A DNA stretch of 64,000 nucleotides from a virus (taxonomy: Duplodnaviria; Heunggongvirae; Uroviricota; Caudoviricetes). The stretch covers positions 1-64,000 of IMG/VR virus record IMGVR_UViG_3300047560_001287, one strand, 5' to 3'. The notes under the pieces are model-generated. The model saw only the letters and a list, made by a program, of their open reading frames with translations. It ran no database searches and was not told where the DNA came from. Made by a program: the position numbers and the translations under genes. Position 1 is the stretch's first letter; each line of letters starts with the position of its first letter. Shown here piece after piece: positions 35,970 through 46,017 of this stretch.

Positions 35970-37535
35970 ATGCTTAAAAAAATTATAAATCTTTCCAATC
36001 TTACCTTATTGGTAGCACTGTCATTGAGTACAGTAGCTGCCTATTATAGTATCATAGGCTTAACTGCTATCTTTGCAGGAGCTGTTATCCCTATTATCGT
36101 CATGGGTTCTATCCTCGAAGTAGGCAAAATCACCACGACAGTTTGGTTACGTAAATACTGGCATCGTTGTGGCTGGGTACTAAAGATGTACTTGGTACCC
36201 GCTGTTGTATTGCTTGCGTTATTGACAAGCATGGGTATCTTTGGTTTCCTATCAAAAGCACACATGGATCAAGGTATTGTTTCGGGTGATAGTCAAGCCA
36301 AACTTGCATTGTATGACGAAAAGATTAAGACACAAAAAGATAACATTGAGACTGCACGTAAAGCATTAACACAAATGGATGCACAAGTTGACCAGATGTT
36401 GGGTCGAACTGACAATGATAAAGGTGCAGAACGTGCTGTTGCTATTCGTAGACAACAAGCAAAAGAACGTACTCTATTACAAAATGATATTGCAAACGCA
36501 CAAAAAGAAATCAGTAAACTAAACGAAGAACGTGCTCCTATTGCGGCTGAGAATCGTAAAGTAGAAGCAGAAGTAGGTCCTATCAAATATATTGCGGCTC
36601 TTATATATGGAGACAATGCTGACCAAAACATGCTTGAAGCCGCTGTTCGTTGGGTTATTATCTTGTTAGTTGTGGTGTTCGATCCACTTGCGATTGCGTT
36701 AGTTCTTGCGGCTAACCAAAGTAAGGATTGGGACGATAACGATGATGTTGAAGAAGAAAACAAACTACGTGAAAAAGTTCAACATGAAAAAGAAGTTCAA
36801 ACTATATTAGAAGATGAACCTAAATATGAACCAGATGATGGTCCACTAACAACTGACCAATTAGAGCAAATACAAGAAAGCGCAAAAGAAGAATCTATAT
36901 TAGATAAGCATCCGTATTTGACTAAACCATTCACACATTTTAAAAACACAACACCAATGGTTTATCAACCAGAACCCACACCAATTGATGATGTAGTTGA
37001 AACCCCCGTAGAAGAACCAGAGCCAGAGCCAGAAGTAGTAGCTGATGATGGCAAAAAAATACTTGCCGCAGGTATCGATGATATTGAACGTCCCGGTGAT
37101 TATCTAACTGCTCCAACTGAAATACAAACTGAAGGTGTTACAAAAGAAAAACCATTTAAAGAACTAGAAGGCGGCTATGTAGTCTATGATGGTAAGCACA
37201 TGGCTAAAGATGTATTGCAAGGAATGCATCCTGAGTTATTCAAATTAACTGCGGATTCTAGCAGATCAGTTAACACTAATTTTGGAACAGCATTTCCTGC
37301 TGTTGCACAAAAAGGTGATACTTTCGTTCGTGTTGACGTATTACCAAACCGTGTTTACAAGTTTGACAGCAAACGCTGGATTGAAGTGAACAAACAGGTT
37401 TCGGACACATATTTACACGATGAGGAATATATCAAATATCTTATCGAAATGATAGAAAATGGGCAGTACGACATAGACCTATTATCCGACAAGGAACGTT
37501 CGGAAATAGAACAGCATCTTACCCAAAAGCGTTGA
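35970..37535 (+). CDS. membrane-anchored coiled-coil protein (521 aa)
   Basis: Three N-terminal TM helices. Long coiled-coil. Fourth TM near residue 220. Acidic Pro/Glu-rich linker. Confidence 0.5.
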   Translation: MLKKIINLSNLTLLVALSLSTVAAYYSIIGLTAIFAGAVIPIIVMGSILEVGKITTTVWLRKYWHRCGWVLKMYLVPAVVLLALLTSMGIFGFLSKAHMDQGIVSGDSQAKLALYDEKIKTQKDNIETARKALTQMDAQVDQMLGRTDNDKGAERAVAIRRQQAKERTLLQNDIANAQKEISKLNEERAPIAAENRKVEAEVGPIKYIAALIYGDNADQNMLEAAVRWVIILLVVVFDPLAIALVLAANQSKDWDDNDDVEEENKLREKVQHEKEVQTILEDEPKYEPDDGPLTTDQLEQIQESAKEESILDKHPYLTKPFTHFKNTTPMVYQPEPTPIDDVVETPVEEPEPEPEVVADDGKKILAAGIDDIERPGDYLTAPTEIQTEGVTKEKPFKELEGGYVVYDGKHMAKDVLQGMHPELFKLTADSSRSVNTNFGTAFPAVAQKGDTFVRVDVLPNRVYKFDSKRWIEVNKQVSDTYLHDEEYIKYLIEMIENGQYDIDLLSDKERSEIEQHLTQKR

Positions 37536-37589
37536 TCTTTTTTCCGTTTTGCTTTACACTCTATAAACATTAACTCAACGGAGAAATAA

Positions 37590-38216
37590 ATGAAATCCCT
37601 TATCGCATGTATTGCTACGGTAATGCTTGTTGGTTGCGGCACTGTCAAAACCAACGACAACGAGCCTATTCGCAATCAGAAACTTTCTACCTCATTTGTG
37701 GCAGAAGGAATTAAAATTGAATCTGATTGTGCGTGGTATACAATCGACAAATCAAATTGCAATATTGTTTCCATTGAATCAGTAGGTACTGCTCCTACAA
37801 ATGGTAACACTATCAATAACCGTCAAACTGCATTCACACGTGCAGATTTGCGGGCACGTGCTAACATTCGTCACTTCTTACAAGAAGAAATCACTAGTTC
37901 ACGTGTTACAAACACCATTGCAAAGAACGTAGAGAAAGCTAACGACCGCATTAAGACTAAAATTAATGAAGGCGACAGTGTTTCTATGAGCGATGACGAA
38001 GCTAAAAAGGATACTAACTACGCTATCCGTGAAAATAGTAATGACACTGCCCATCAAGTAACAGAAACTATCCGCGCAAACGCTGTGGGTATCTTGCGTG
38101 GCTTTAGAGTCATTAAGCAGGAAGTAACAGGTCCACAAGAAGTTTCAGTGACTATTCGCTGGGACTTGGATAGCGACCGCACTGCTAGTCAATTACGTAA
38201 ACGTTTCGGTAATTAA
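37590..38216 (+). CDS. lipoprotein (208 aa)
   Basis: GGAGAAATAA RBS. MKSLIACIATVMLVGC lipobox. Confidence 0.55.
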   Translation: MKSLIACIATVMLVGCGTVKTNDNEPIRNQKLSTSFVAEGIKIESDCAWYTIDKSNCNIVSIESVGTAPTNGNTINNRQTAFTRADLRARANIRHFLQEEITSSRVTNTIAKNVEKANDRIKTKINEGDSVSMSDDEAKKDTNYAIRENSNDTAHQVTETIRANAVGILRGFRVIKQEVTGPQEVSVTIRWDLDSDRTASQLRKRFGN

Positions 38217-38218
38217 AC

Positions 38219-39196
38219 ATGCTACGGCTACTAGCAATAGTGGCATGTTTAATCTTGACTTCTTGTGCAAGCACACAAACCGATAGTTATATTCGTGTAA
38301 CCGGTGAAGGTGCAACACAAGAACAAGCAAAACAAAATGCCTTCCGTGAAGCTGTACAGATACGTGTAGGTTCTGTAGTTCTTAGTGAACGTGAGAGTTC
38401 ATTGCGTAAGTTAGAACGTGATGACATTAATGTTTATAGTGCAGGCTATGTTGACGATTACAAAGTTGTTTCGGTAGAACGAACAAATGGAAAAGTCAAA
38501 ATAACACTTGATGTTTTGGTTGCAGACAGTAAATTGGTCAACAACCGTCTAGTCTCAGGTAAAGTTACTAATCAAATCGAAGGTGACCGAGCCAACACAA
38601 ACTATCGCACGTTCATGGATCAAAAACAACGTGGCGATAAATTACTAAATTCAGTACTCAAGACATATCCTGAGTCTGCCTATATAGTTCAACAGAAAAA
38701 CTATAGCGTGAGCGTTAATGCCTATCGCAATATTGTGTTACAAGTTCCATATAAACTAACTTGGAACTATGATTACATCGTTGCATTTAACGAGGCACTT
38801 AACTTAATCCAAGACAATAAATTTGGCTATTTGCAACCAGCACCTAGTAATGTTATCGTCATGGCAAAAGACCCCAAAGATTTTGTATTAGGGGAACGCA
38901 AACATTTTAAATTCAACGATGTGCCATTACTTGACTACATGAAAAGTATGATGACAGACAATCGTGAAATTAGATTGATGATGACATTGCGAGACAGTGA
39001 CAACCGAGTTATGTACAAGGGTTGCTGGCCGATACAATCAACATTTTATGTTATGGGTGAGCCTAGAAATTTATTGATTTACGGTAACACAAAAGAAGAG
39101 GGGATATTGCAATTAGTTATCAATTCAGAGTATAATCAAGTATTAGAGAAATCTAGAAACATAGAGGTGTCAGTTGTTCCACGCATCAAGTGCTAA
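38219..39196 (+). CDS. lipoprotein (325 aa)
   Basis: MLRLLAIVACLILTSC lipobox. Confidence 0.55.
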   Translation: MLRLLAIVACLILTSCASTQTDSYIRVTGEGATQEQAKQNAFREAVQIRVGSVVLSERESSLRKLERDDINVYSAGYVDDYKVVSVERTNGKVKITLDVLVADSKLVNNRLVSGKVTNQIEGDRANTNYRTFMDQKQRGDKLLNSVLKTYPESAYIVQQKNYSVSVNAYRNIVLQVPYKLTWNYDYIVAFNEALNLIQDNKFGYLQPAPSNVIVMAKDPKDFVLGERKHFKFNDVPLLDYMKSMMTDNREIRLMMTLRDSDNRVMYKGCWPIQSTFYVMGEPRNLLIYGNTKEEGILQLVINSEYNQVLEKSRNIEVSVVPRIKC

Positions 39197-39234
39197 AAAT
39201 AACTGACAAAAAATAAAAACGATAAATTAATAAT

Positions 39235-40437
39235 ATGTCACTTGAATCACTAAACCATTGCTCATTTTGCGGAAATCATAAAGATAAAGTTAAAAAACTT
39301 ATAGTAGGTGAGGACGTTGCTATTTGTAGCGACTGTATCGATTTATGCACACAATTAATCGAAGATGACGCTACCGTTGCCGATCCTGACCAAAAGAAAG
39401 AAGAAGTCAAGTATGACCCTATCGCTATCAAGGCGTACTTAGACCAGCATGTTATCGGACAAGATAGTGCTAAAACTGTATTGAGCGTTGCTATCGCTAA
39501 CCACTATAAGCGAATCACACACCCGCCCAAAGACTTAGAAATAGCTAAGGGTAATGTTCTTATTGTGGGGCCCACTGGTAGTGGTAAAACATTACTTGCT
39601 AAGACAGTTGCCAAGTATCTCAAGGTGCCCTTTGTCGTAGCAGACGCAACAAGTTTAACCGAAGCTGGTTATGTAGGTGATGACGTTGAATCAATGATTA
39701 GTATGCTAGTCAATGCCGCAGGTGGTGATGCTAAATTAGCAGAACGTGGAATTGTGTTTGTTGACGAGATTGACAAAATTGCACGTAAGGGCGAATCAAC
39801 TAGCGTTACCCGTGACGTGTCGGGTGAGGGCGTTCAGCAAGCATTACTCAAGTTAGTTGAGGGCACAGTCTGTCGTATTCCTGCAAGCGGTGGTCGCAAA
39901 CACCCAGGTGGTGAAATGCTAGAAATCAACACAAAGAATATTCTGTTCATTGCTGGTGGCGCATTCGTTGGATTGAAGGAAATCATCACAAATAGACAAC
40001 ATGGAACTAGTATTGGCTTTGGGGCAAATATCAGAGATAAGCGCAAAGAGGGTGAGTTAGCACAAGTAAGCCCCGACGACCTAACTAAATTTGGAATGAT
40101 TCCTGAATTTATCGGTAGATTCACGACTACTGTAAGTATTAAAGAACTGTCCAAAGACGAGTTAAAACATGTCCTGACCAATGTGAAAAACAACTACATT
40201 GAGCAATACAAGTACCTGTTCAGCATTGATGAAATTGAGTTGGAGTTTGCTGATGACGGACTTGGCCAGATTGTTGACAATTGCTTGAAACTGAAAACGG
40301 GTGCCCGTGGTCTACACACTGAAATCGAGAGGGTCCTAATGCCCCATATGTTCAATTTGCAGAAATATCGTGAAAGTAAAATCAAAAAGATAAATATTAA
40401 TCAGGAGCAAGTTTTAGAACCAAAAGCATTGATATGA
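39235..40437 (+). CDS. clpX: ATP-dependent Clp protease ATP-binding subunit ClpX
   Basis: Zinc-binding CSFCG...CSDC. Walker A GPTGSGKT. Pore-1 GYVG. ClpP-docking IGFGA loop. Sensor GARGL. Collinear with E. coli ClpX. Confidence 0.95.
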   Translation: MSLESLNHCSFCGNHKDKVKKLIVGEDVAICSDCIDLCTQLIEDDATVADPDQKKEEVKYDPIAIKAYLDQHVIGQDSAKTVLSVAIANHYKRITHPPKDLEIAKGNVLIVGPTGSGKTLLAKTVAKYLKVPFVVADATSLTEAGYVGDDVESMISMLVNAAGGDAKLAERGIVFVDEIDKIARKGESTSVTRDVSGEGVQQALLKLVEGTVCRIPASGGRKHPGGEMLEINTKNILFIAGGAFVGLKEIITNRQHGTSIGFGANIRDKRKEGELAQVSPDDLTKFGMIPEFIGRFTTTVSIKELSKDELKHVLTNVKNNYIEQYKYLFSIDEIELEFADDGLGQIVDNCLKLKTGARGLHTEIERVLMPHMFNLQKYRESKIKKININQEQVLEPKALI

Positions 40438-40655
40438 GTATAAAGGGTAGACGAGTAATAGTACAAGACGGGAATGTTGAAAAAGCATTACGCAAATTCA
40501 AAAAGAAGATTACTGAACAAGGATTGATTCAGGAAGTCCGCGACCGTCAAGAATTCGTCAAACCCACTGTCAAGCGAAAACTTGCTAAAGGACAAGCCAA
40601 GCGTAGATGGCAAAAATACTTGCGTGACCAGAGCTTGCCCAAGAAACTATATTGA
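40434..40655 (+). CDS. rpsU: 30S ribosomal protein S21
   Basis: ALRKFKKKITEQGLIQEVRDRQEFVKPTVKRKLAKGQAKRR matches bS21. ATGA overlap with clpX. Confidence 0.85.
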   Translation: MSIKGRRVIVQDGNVEKALRKFKKKITEQGLIQEVRDRQEFVKPTVKRKLAKGQAKRRWQKYLRDQSLPKKLY

Positions 40656-40762
40656 CCTAAATATTAGATTTTTTTGCGTATTTTTTATAAAATAAATACG
40701 TATTCAGATGCCGATGGTCGGGTCTGAAACATGTCATACTTGCTTATTAAAGGAGAAAACAA

Positions 40763-41200
40763 ATGACAAAAACACTATCCCTTCGTTCCCTCGACATTCC
40801 GTCAATTCACAAATTTGGTATCGGTTTCGATAACATGTTTGACGATTTGATGCGATTAAACAGTCAACAATCACTAAACTATCCCCCATACAACATCGTC
40901 AAAAATACCGAAGACTCCTTCGATATTGAGATTGCTGTATCTGGCTTCAGTGAAGGTGAAGTTGAGGTCAATCTTGACAACCGAGTATTGACTGTTAAGG
41001 GTCAGAAGAAGGAAGACTTGGTAGCCGAATACCTACACAAGGGTATTAGCACACGTGATTTCGTGCGTGAGTTTACGCTAGCAGAGCACGTTGAAGTTAT
41101 CAATGCTTCACAAAAAGACGGCATTCTAACTATTCAACTAGAACGTGTTGTTCCAGAAGAAAAGAAGCCAAAAGCAATTGCTATTAATTACACTAAATAA
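40763..41200 (+). CDS. ibpA: small heat-shock protein (Hsp20/IbpA family)
   Basis: GGAGAAAACAA RBS. Alpha-crystallin domain: PPYNIVK..FDIEIAVSGF..EVEV..LTVKG, GISTRDFVREF, ILTIQL. Confidence 0.85.
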   Translation: MTKTLSLRSLDIPSIHKFGIGFDNMFDDLMRLNSQQSLNYPPYNIVKNTEDSFDIEIAVSGFSEGEVEVNLDNRVLTVKGQKKEDLVAEYLHKGISTRDFVREFTLAEHVEVINASQKDGILTIQLERVVPEEKKPKAIAINYTK

Positions 41201-41210
41201 TATAATAGCT

Positions 41211-41239
41211 GTGAGTAGTCGTTAGGCTACTCACTTTTT
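41211..41239 (+). terminator. rho-independent terminator after ibpA
   Basis: GTGAGTAGTC-GTTA-GGCTACTCAC stem then TTTTTC. Confidence 0.6.
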
Positions 41240-41264
41240 CAACTATTAGATAAGTGATATTAAA

Positions 41265-41576
41265 ATGTCTAAAACGCAAACAGAAACAAAAATCAAAATT
41301 AAACCCAATCTAGCGTTACAAGAACCACCGTTGTACAAAATCATTTATATGAATGACGATGTGACTAGTATGGAATTTGTAGTGGGTAGCTTAATCGATT
41401 ATTTCAACTACACCGAAGACACAGCCTCGAATATCACTGTAAATATTCACGAGCAGGGTTCTGCGGTCGTTGCAGTACTACCATACGAAATTGCCGAACA
41501 AAAGGGAATTGAAGTTACGTTAGATGCACGTAGCCAGGGATATCCGTTACAAGTCAAAATCGAAGCAGAAGGTTAA
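41265..41576 (+). CDS. clpS: ATP-dependent Clp protease adaptor ClpS
   Basis: PPLYKIIYMNDDVTSMEFVVGSL...VNIHEQGSAVVAV matches ClpS core. Confidence 0.8.
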   Translation: MSKTQTETKIKIKPNLALQEPPLYKIIYMNDDVTSMEFVVGSLIDYFNYTEDTASNITVNIHEQGSAVVAVLPYEIAEQKGIEVTLDARSQGYPLQVKIEAEG

Positions 41577-42265
41577 ACTTCTATTCGTTTCGCCCAATAA
41601 GGCTTTCTTCCAAAATAAGAGTTATTGATATAGTTGATACCGTTGATATGTGTATCAACTATTTTTCTATACGTCCCGTAAACCCAATGTGTTACTTTCT
41701 TTTCAGTATCAACTGGTAACACCATGTCTAGGGAAAGTTGAGTTACTGTTGTTTCAGGCTCTTCACCGAAATACAGAACTGGACCTGGAACACTATTAGA
41801 AACTAGGATAACGCTTTTTACGTCCAAGTGTTTCTGTAATCTTTCTAGTGTTGATTTGAGGTAAGATAAATCCTCATGTCTTGCGTTTTCAATTGCTTGT
41901 TCAGAATCAAAATCTGTAGGTACTGTATTTCCGTACCAGCCGTTTGCCCCTGCAATTGCTATACCATCTATGATTACAACGTGATGGTGTAGATACGCTG
42001 TATTCTTTACTCCTCTACATATCTTCTGTAATTCACTAGTTCTTTTATCTATGTCAATTACATTATTATATTCCAGAGATCCAGAGATATAAAATACCCC
42101 TTGATAAAATTTTGACAAATGAAGTAGGGTTTGTCTAATCGTTCTTAATTCGTCACTAATGTTTCCTGCAATTATGCAGTATAGACTAGTAGCTTTACCC
42201 TCCCAATTGAAACTATCCTCAGGGGATAGATTCAAATCGCTGATTACATCAAACCCTATTTTCAT
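41573..42265 (-). CDS. hypothetical protein (230 aa); possibly degenerate metallophosphoesterase fold
   Basis: ISDLNL / AGNISDE / ISGSLEYN loosely echo calcineurin-like motifs but metal ligands are not conserved. Confidence 0.3.
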   Translation of the reverse strand: MKIGFDVISDLNLSPEDSFNWEGKATSLYCIIAGNISDELRTIRQTLLHLSKFYQGVFYISGSLEYNNVIDIDKRTSELQKICRGVKNTAYLHHHVVIIDGIAIAGANGWYGNTVPTDFDSEQAIENARHEDLSYLKSTLERLQKHLDVKSVILVSNSVPGPVLYFGEEPETTVTQLSLDMVLPVDTEKKVTHWVYGTYRKIVDTHINGINYINNSYFGRKPYWAKRIEV

Positions 42266-42585
42266 TACTTTGCGACGGTCATTTTTGGCTTTTTAGGCGC
42301 CTTTGGTTTTGCTGTCTTTTCTGCTTTTGGCTTAGCAGGTGCTTTAGCTTTCTTTGGCTTAGCTGTCATTGCGGCCGCAGGTGCTTTAGTAGCGTTTGGA
42401 TTATCTGCGTGTACAGCCCATTCTTCTGGGGTCAACTTGTGTAGACCTACACAGTTTCCTGTCTGACTGCGACCACACCCACATTTAGCAGGACCAGCTT
42501 GAACCGGCGTTTCTACTTTATATGGTGCTTCAGGTGCAGTTTCAGATGTACCGAAACCAAACAACTTCTTTAGATAGTTTAACAT
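42265..42585 (-). CDS. small Cys-cluster protein with AKPK-repeat basic tail
   Basis: CGCGRSQTGNCVGLH then KPKKAKAPAKPKAEKTAKPKAPKKPK. Confidence 0.45.
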   Translation of the reverse strand: MLNYLKKLFGFGTSETAPEAPYKVETPVQAGPAKCGCGRSQTGNCVGLHKLTPEEWAVHADNPNATKAPAAAMTAKPKKAKAPAKPKAEKTAKPKAPKKPKMTVAK

Positions 42586-42652
42586 GTTATTCTCCTTACA
42601 GTTTATTTATCTACTCATACATTACGTCACTTTAATCTTTAAATAAAATATT

Positions 42653-43144
42653 ATGCTCAGAAAAAACGTGCTTTTAGATTTGATGCAGGAAGAACCCCCT
42701 AGCATTAGTTATCAAAAACGCCTTGGATATCGAACTGATATCTATGAGGTCATATACCTATACCGACTGATAAACAAAGCTGTTTTCAAAAATGCACTAG
42801 AAATGCCAGAAATCGAGGTAGTTCCTAGATGTAGGAAATACTGGGGTATGTGCTATGCATCATGGGAAAGATTACCCGGTCGTAGAAGTTATTGCAAAAT
42901 ACGATTGATGGACAAGTGGTATTCGCATCATTGGTTAATATCAACATTAGCACATGAAATGTGCCACCAGTATCAGTGGGATATACAGGGTGCTCAAAGA
43001 CGTAGTAAGGGCAAAGAGCCTATTATGAGTCATGGTCCCAGTTTCTTTGTTTTCCGAGAAAAATTAAAGAAGCATGGCATTCCACTAAAAAGCGCACACA
43101 GTAAACGCAAATGGTTCAAGACACAAGATTTGTTTAAAACATAA
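42653..43144 (+). CDS. SprT-like zinc metallopeptidase domain protein
   Basis: LAHEMCHQY HExxH motif in SprT-like context. Confidence 0.55.
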   Translation: MLRKNVLLDLMQEEPPSISYQKRLGYRTDIYEVIYLYRLINKAVFKNALEMPEIEVVPRCRKYWGMCYASWERLPGRRSYCKIRLMDKWYSHHWLISTLAHEMCHQYQWDIQGAQRRSKGKEPIMSHGPSFFVFREKLKKHGIPLKSAHSKRKWFKTQDLFKT

Positions 43145-43163
43145 AATCGCATAAATACACATT

Positions 43164-44690
43164 ATGCGTGATATTTTAAACAACCTAGAACTATTAACAG
43201 AAAGTACCGGTTTAGCAGGACGTAAACCAGGTGACTTATTCCGTAACTCACACGGTGATGAAATTGTATTCCAGAGTATTCAATTTTTCCCCGAAGGTGG
43301 TGGCAAATATACGCCTGAACAATTAGACCAAGCAATTGCAGACGTTGAACAACAAGTAGGCGACATTGATTGGCAGAATCAAAAAACTGCACGAGCAGGT
43401 GGATTCGGTATAGCAACATTCACCGGCGCACAAGGTAATATGGTTATAGGTCGTTATTTGCAAGAAATTAATCCAAACATAAAGGATAATTACATTGCAA
43501 ATAAAGTAGGTGATTTCAAGTACGCAGGCAAAGCCGCAGAAAAAATTCAATCAGGTTTAAGCCCGCAAGATTTATTAGGTGATAGAATTGATTTAACTAT
43601 CGCTGATGTTATGAACCAATTAGCAATGAGCTTGGGTACTGATAACCCTCTATACGCTGTAGCACATAGATTAGCGACAGGTAGTCCATTACCAGTAACG
43701 TTCCCGACACCAGAAGGATATAGCTTTACTGCTTTCCGTGATTACTTCTGTGAAATTTTACAACCAATCGCATTACAAAAAGGTCAATACACAGGTAACG
43801 CAGGTGAAGCCGCTGAGAAATTTATGGGTGGTTCATTTGAGAACACATTAATTTCTTTTGACGAAAGCAAAACAGCAGGTTTAAGCGATAGTATATTGAC
43901 TAATGATAGCGGACAATTTATTAAAATTAGTACCAAAGGTGGCAAGGGTGCAACAGCTAGTGCTAAAAATTTGTTAGATACAATTGAAGAATTGAAACTA
44001 ACAAAAGAGGGCAAGAAACTGTTAAGCAAATACAAAGACGTTATTGATATGTTGCAACAAATCAAAGATGCAGGTCAAGCAGGATCACCTTTATTATTAG
44101 GTTTGCGTTATGGCATCATTGATGAGAAAGATGCAAAATCAATTGAAGAATTAAAAGGTGTGGGTCCAGTTAATTTAACACACATTGCTACTATGGGTCT
44201 AAGCAAGAACTTACAAAAACTTGCTAACCAGCGTGGTACAGATAACCCAGATAGTGTTAATTTATTCTATCACTTGATTGCCGCTGTAGCACACAAAGCC
44301 GCAGACGAAGTGAACAAGCATACAAACTTTAGTAAGGCAGCTGCCGAAATTTTAAACAACGGTGCGTTGGTACAAGTTTACACTTCGGCAAAAGAAAATA
44401 AAGATTCATGGACACTAGGTGAATTCGACACAGTTTACCCAGGTGACTCAATCAAAGGTGTTTACCTATCAGCAGGTAAAACATATTACAGTACAGGTAT
44501 CAAAGGAAACTTTACATTCAAAATTGATAAAGGTAAGGGAGTTCCGAAAGATGAAGATGAAGGTGAGAAGGGTGAAGCTACAAAATCAAGTGGCAGATCA
44601 ACTCGCCGTGGATTAGAAAAAGCCGCACAACAAATCACTAATCCACAAAATAAACCCACTGAACGTGGCATGCGTAGCACACGTAAATAA
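43164..44690 (+). CDS. hypothetical protein (508 aa), basic C-terminal tail
   Basis: Long ORF. Function unrecognised. Confidence 0.5.
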   Translation: MRDILNNLELLTESTGLAGRKPGDLFRNSHGDEIVFQSIQFFPEGGGKYTPEQLDQAIADVEQQVGDIDWQNQKTARAGGFGIATFTGAQGNMVIGRYLQEINPNIKDNYIANKVGDFKYAGKAAEKIQSGLSPQDLLGDRIDLTIADVMNQLAMSLGTDNPLYAVAHRLATGSPLPVTFPTPEGYSFTAFRDYFCEILQPIALQKGQYTGNAGEAAEKFMGGSFENTLISFDESKTAGLSDSILTNDSGQFIKISTKGGKGATASAKNLLDTIEELKLTKEGKKLLSKYKDVIDMLQQIKDAGQAGSPLLLGLRYGIIDEKDAKSIEELKGVGPVNLTHIATMGLSKNLQKLANQRGTDNPDSVNLFYHLIAAVAHKAADEVNKHTNFSKAAAEILNNGALVQVYTSAKENKDSWTLGEFDTVYPGDSIKGVYLSAGKTYYSTGIKGNFTFKIDKGKGVPKDEDEGEKGEATKSSGRSTRRGLEKAAQQITNPQNKPTERGMRSTRK

Positions 44691-44703
44691 TTAACCAAAT
44701 CTA

Positions 44704-44732
44704 TTGTAGTTATAAAAACTCTCTGTTATACT
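44704..44732 (+). promoter_or_regulatory. possible promoter TTGTAG-17-TATACT upstream of clpP
   Basis: In 68-bp gap. Followed by TAAGGAGAG RBS. Confidence 0.4.
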
Positions 44733-44758
44733 ATAGGTATCACTAATTAAGGAGAGTT

Positions 44759-45352
44759 ATGAGTTTAGTTCCAATCGTTGTTGAATCAACAAGTAAAGGC
44801 GAGCGTAGTTATGACATTTATAGTCGCCTTCTAAAAGACCGTGTCATTCTCCTAGAGGGTGAAGTTCATGACCACATGGCAAACTTAATTGTTGCCCAAC
44901 TATTGTTCTTGGAAAGTGAAGATGCGACAAAAGACATTTCTATGTACATTAACTCGCCCGGTGGTAGTGTTACCGCAGGCATGGCGATCTACGATTGTAT
45001 TCAGTTTATTAGTCCCGATGTACAGACGATTGTTATGGGTCAGGCATGTAGTATGGGTTCTCTCCTCGCACAAGCGGGAGCGCCAGGCAAAAGGTTTATG
45101 CTCCCCAATGCACGACACATGATTCATCAGCCATCGGGTGGTGCTCGTGGTATGCAAAGTGATATTGAAATCAGTTACAAGGAAATCACTTACTTGAAAA
45201 AGCGACTAACTGAAATCTATGTTAGCCACAATTCAAAGGGCAAAACATACGAGGACTTTGAACGTGACATGGATCGTGATAAGTTCATGTCAGCACAAGA
45301 GGCGTTAGAGTACGGATTGATTGATGAAATCGTAACAAAACGCAATGCTTAA
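44759..45352 (+). CDS. clpP: ATP-dependent Clp protease proteolytic subunit ClpP
   Basis: Ser-His-Asp triad contexts: [45 protein letters not shown]. Confidence 0.95.
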   Translation: MSLVPIVVESTSKGERSYDIYSRLLKDRVILLEGEVHDHMANLIVAQLLFLESEDATKDISMYINSPGGSVTAGMAIYDCIQFISPDVQTIVMGQACSMGSLLAQAGAPGKRFMLPNARHMIHQPSGGARGMQSDIEISYKEITYLKKRLTEIYVSHNSKGKTYEDFERDMDRDKFMSAQEALEYGLIDEIVTKRNA

Positions 45353-46016
45353 ATTCACACCAGTGCCCATCACTGACCATGATTCTATTCTCGGTAAAGA
45401 CTTCAACAAAAACTTTGCCGTAGAAATGCAATCGTATTATGCTCCTTTTCTGTCAAAGAATAGAGATATACAGGTAGCTAAAGAAACTTGGGAATATGCT
45501 GTTACTGATAGCATCACTAATGCAGAGTGGATGGGTGCTGGAAAGAATGTGATTGATGTTAAAGCCCCGATTGCCGATCTTGATGTTAAGGGTCTTAGTA
45601 TAGGGAAGATTACTGATAAGCAATCTACTGAGGCTAGCTTTTTACAAAACAATAAAGAAGAAAATGATGGCTTTAGCAAACTGTTTGAGAGCAAACAATT
45701 CGTTGCGTTGAAGGAAATGTTTGTTGACCCTATGATTGAAAAAACTAAGGGGACAAACAATTTACACTTGCTAGCAATCATTAGAGAGAAAACAACGAAA
45801 AAAGTTTACTACTGTTTGTTGAAGGTTGAACAAAGCACGTTGTCTGATGCTGAATTTGTTTCTCAAATGACAGTAGAAGGTAAGCGTAGCATTTCAATAC
45901 CCATGATTGATGCTGAGTACGGCAAAACATATATCTATATCGCAAAGCGTAGACTTGAGATTCGTTTAAATGGTCTGGGATTGACCCCGTTTTTAGTTTA
46001 TTCACACACATATTAA
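45345..46016 (+). CDS. hypothetical protein (223 aa)
   Basis: Overlaps clpP end by 8 nt. Confidence 0.5.
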   Translation: MLKFTPVPITDHDSILGKDFNKNFAVEMQSYYAPFLSKNRDIQVAKETWEYAVTDSITNAEWMGAGKNVIDVKAPIADLDVKGLSIGKITDKQSTEASFLQNNKEENDGFSKLFESKQFVALKEMFVDPMIEKTKGTNNLHLLAIIREKTTKKVYYCLLKVEQSTLSDAEFVSQMTVEGKRSISIPMIDAEYGKTYIYIAKRRLEIRLNGLGLTPFLVYSHTY

Positions 46017-46017
46017 T

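Noticed and set aside
36293-36763. 156-aa minus-strand ORF (and 36044-36265, 37355-37675)
   Set aside because: Lie wholly inside the well-supported 521-aa + strand membrane/coiled-coil gene. Low-complexity Ser/Ala-rich translation typical of antisense noise.
40656-40762. Possible sigma32 heat-shock promoter upstream of ibpA (CTGAAA...CTTATT) and AT-rich hairpin CGTATTT-N8-AAATACG
   Set aside because: The -10 does not match CCCCATNT. The hairpin is AT-only and weak. Kept as unproven.
41573-42265. Calling the 230-aa minus-strand protein a metallophosphoesterase
   Set aside because: Only a loose echo of the DxH/GDxxD/GNHE order, and metal-ligand residues are not conserved. Left as hypothetical.
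42290-42370. Apparent short tandem DNA repeats (ggcttagc..., gctttagc...)
   Set aside because: Coding repeats for the AKPK-rich tail of the 42265-42585 (-) protein. Not a CRISPR array or satellite, and no spacer/repeat periodicity.
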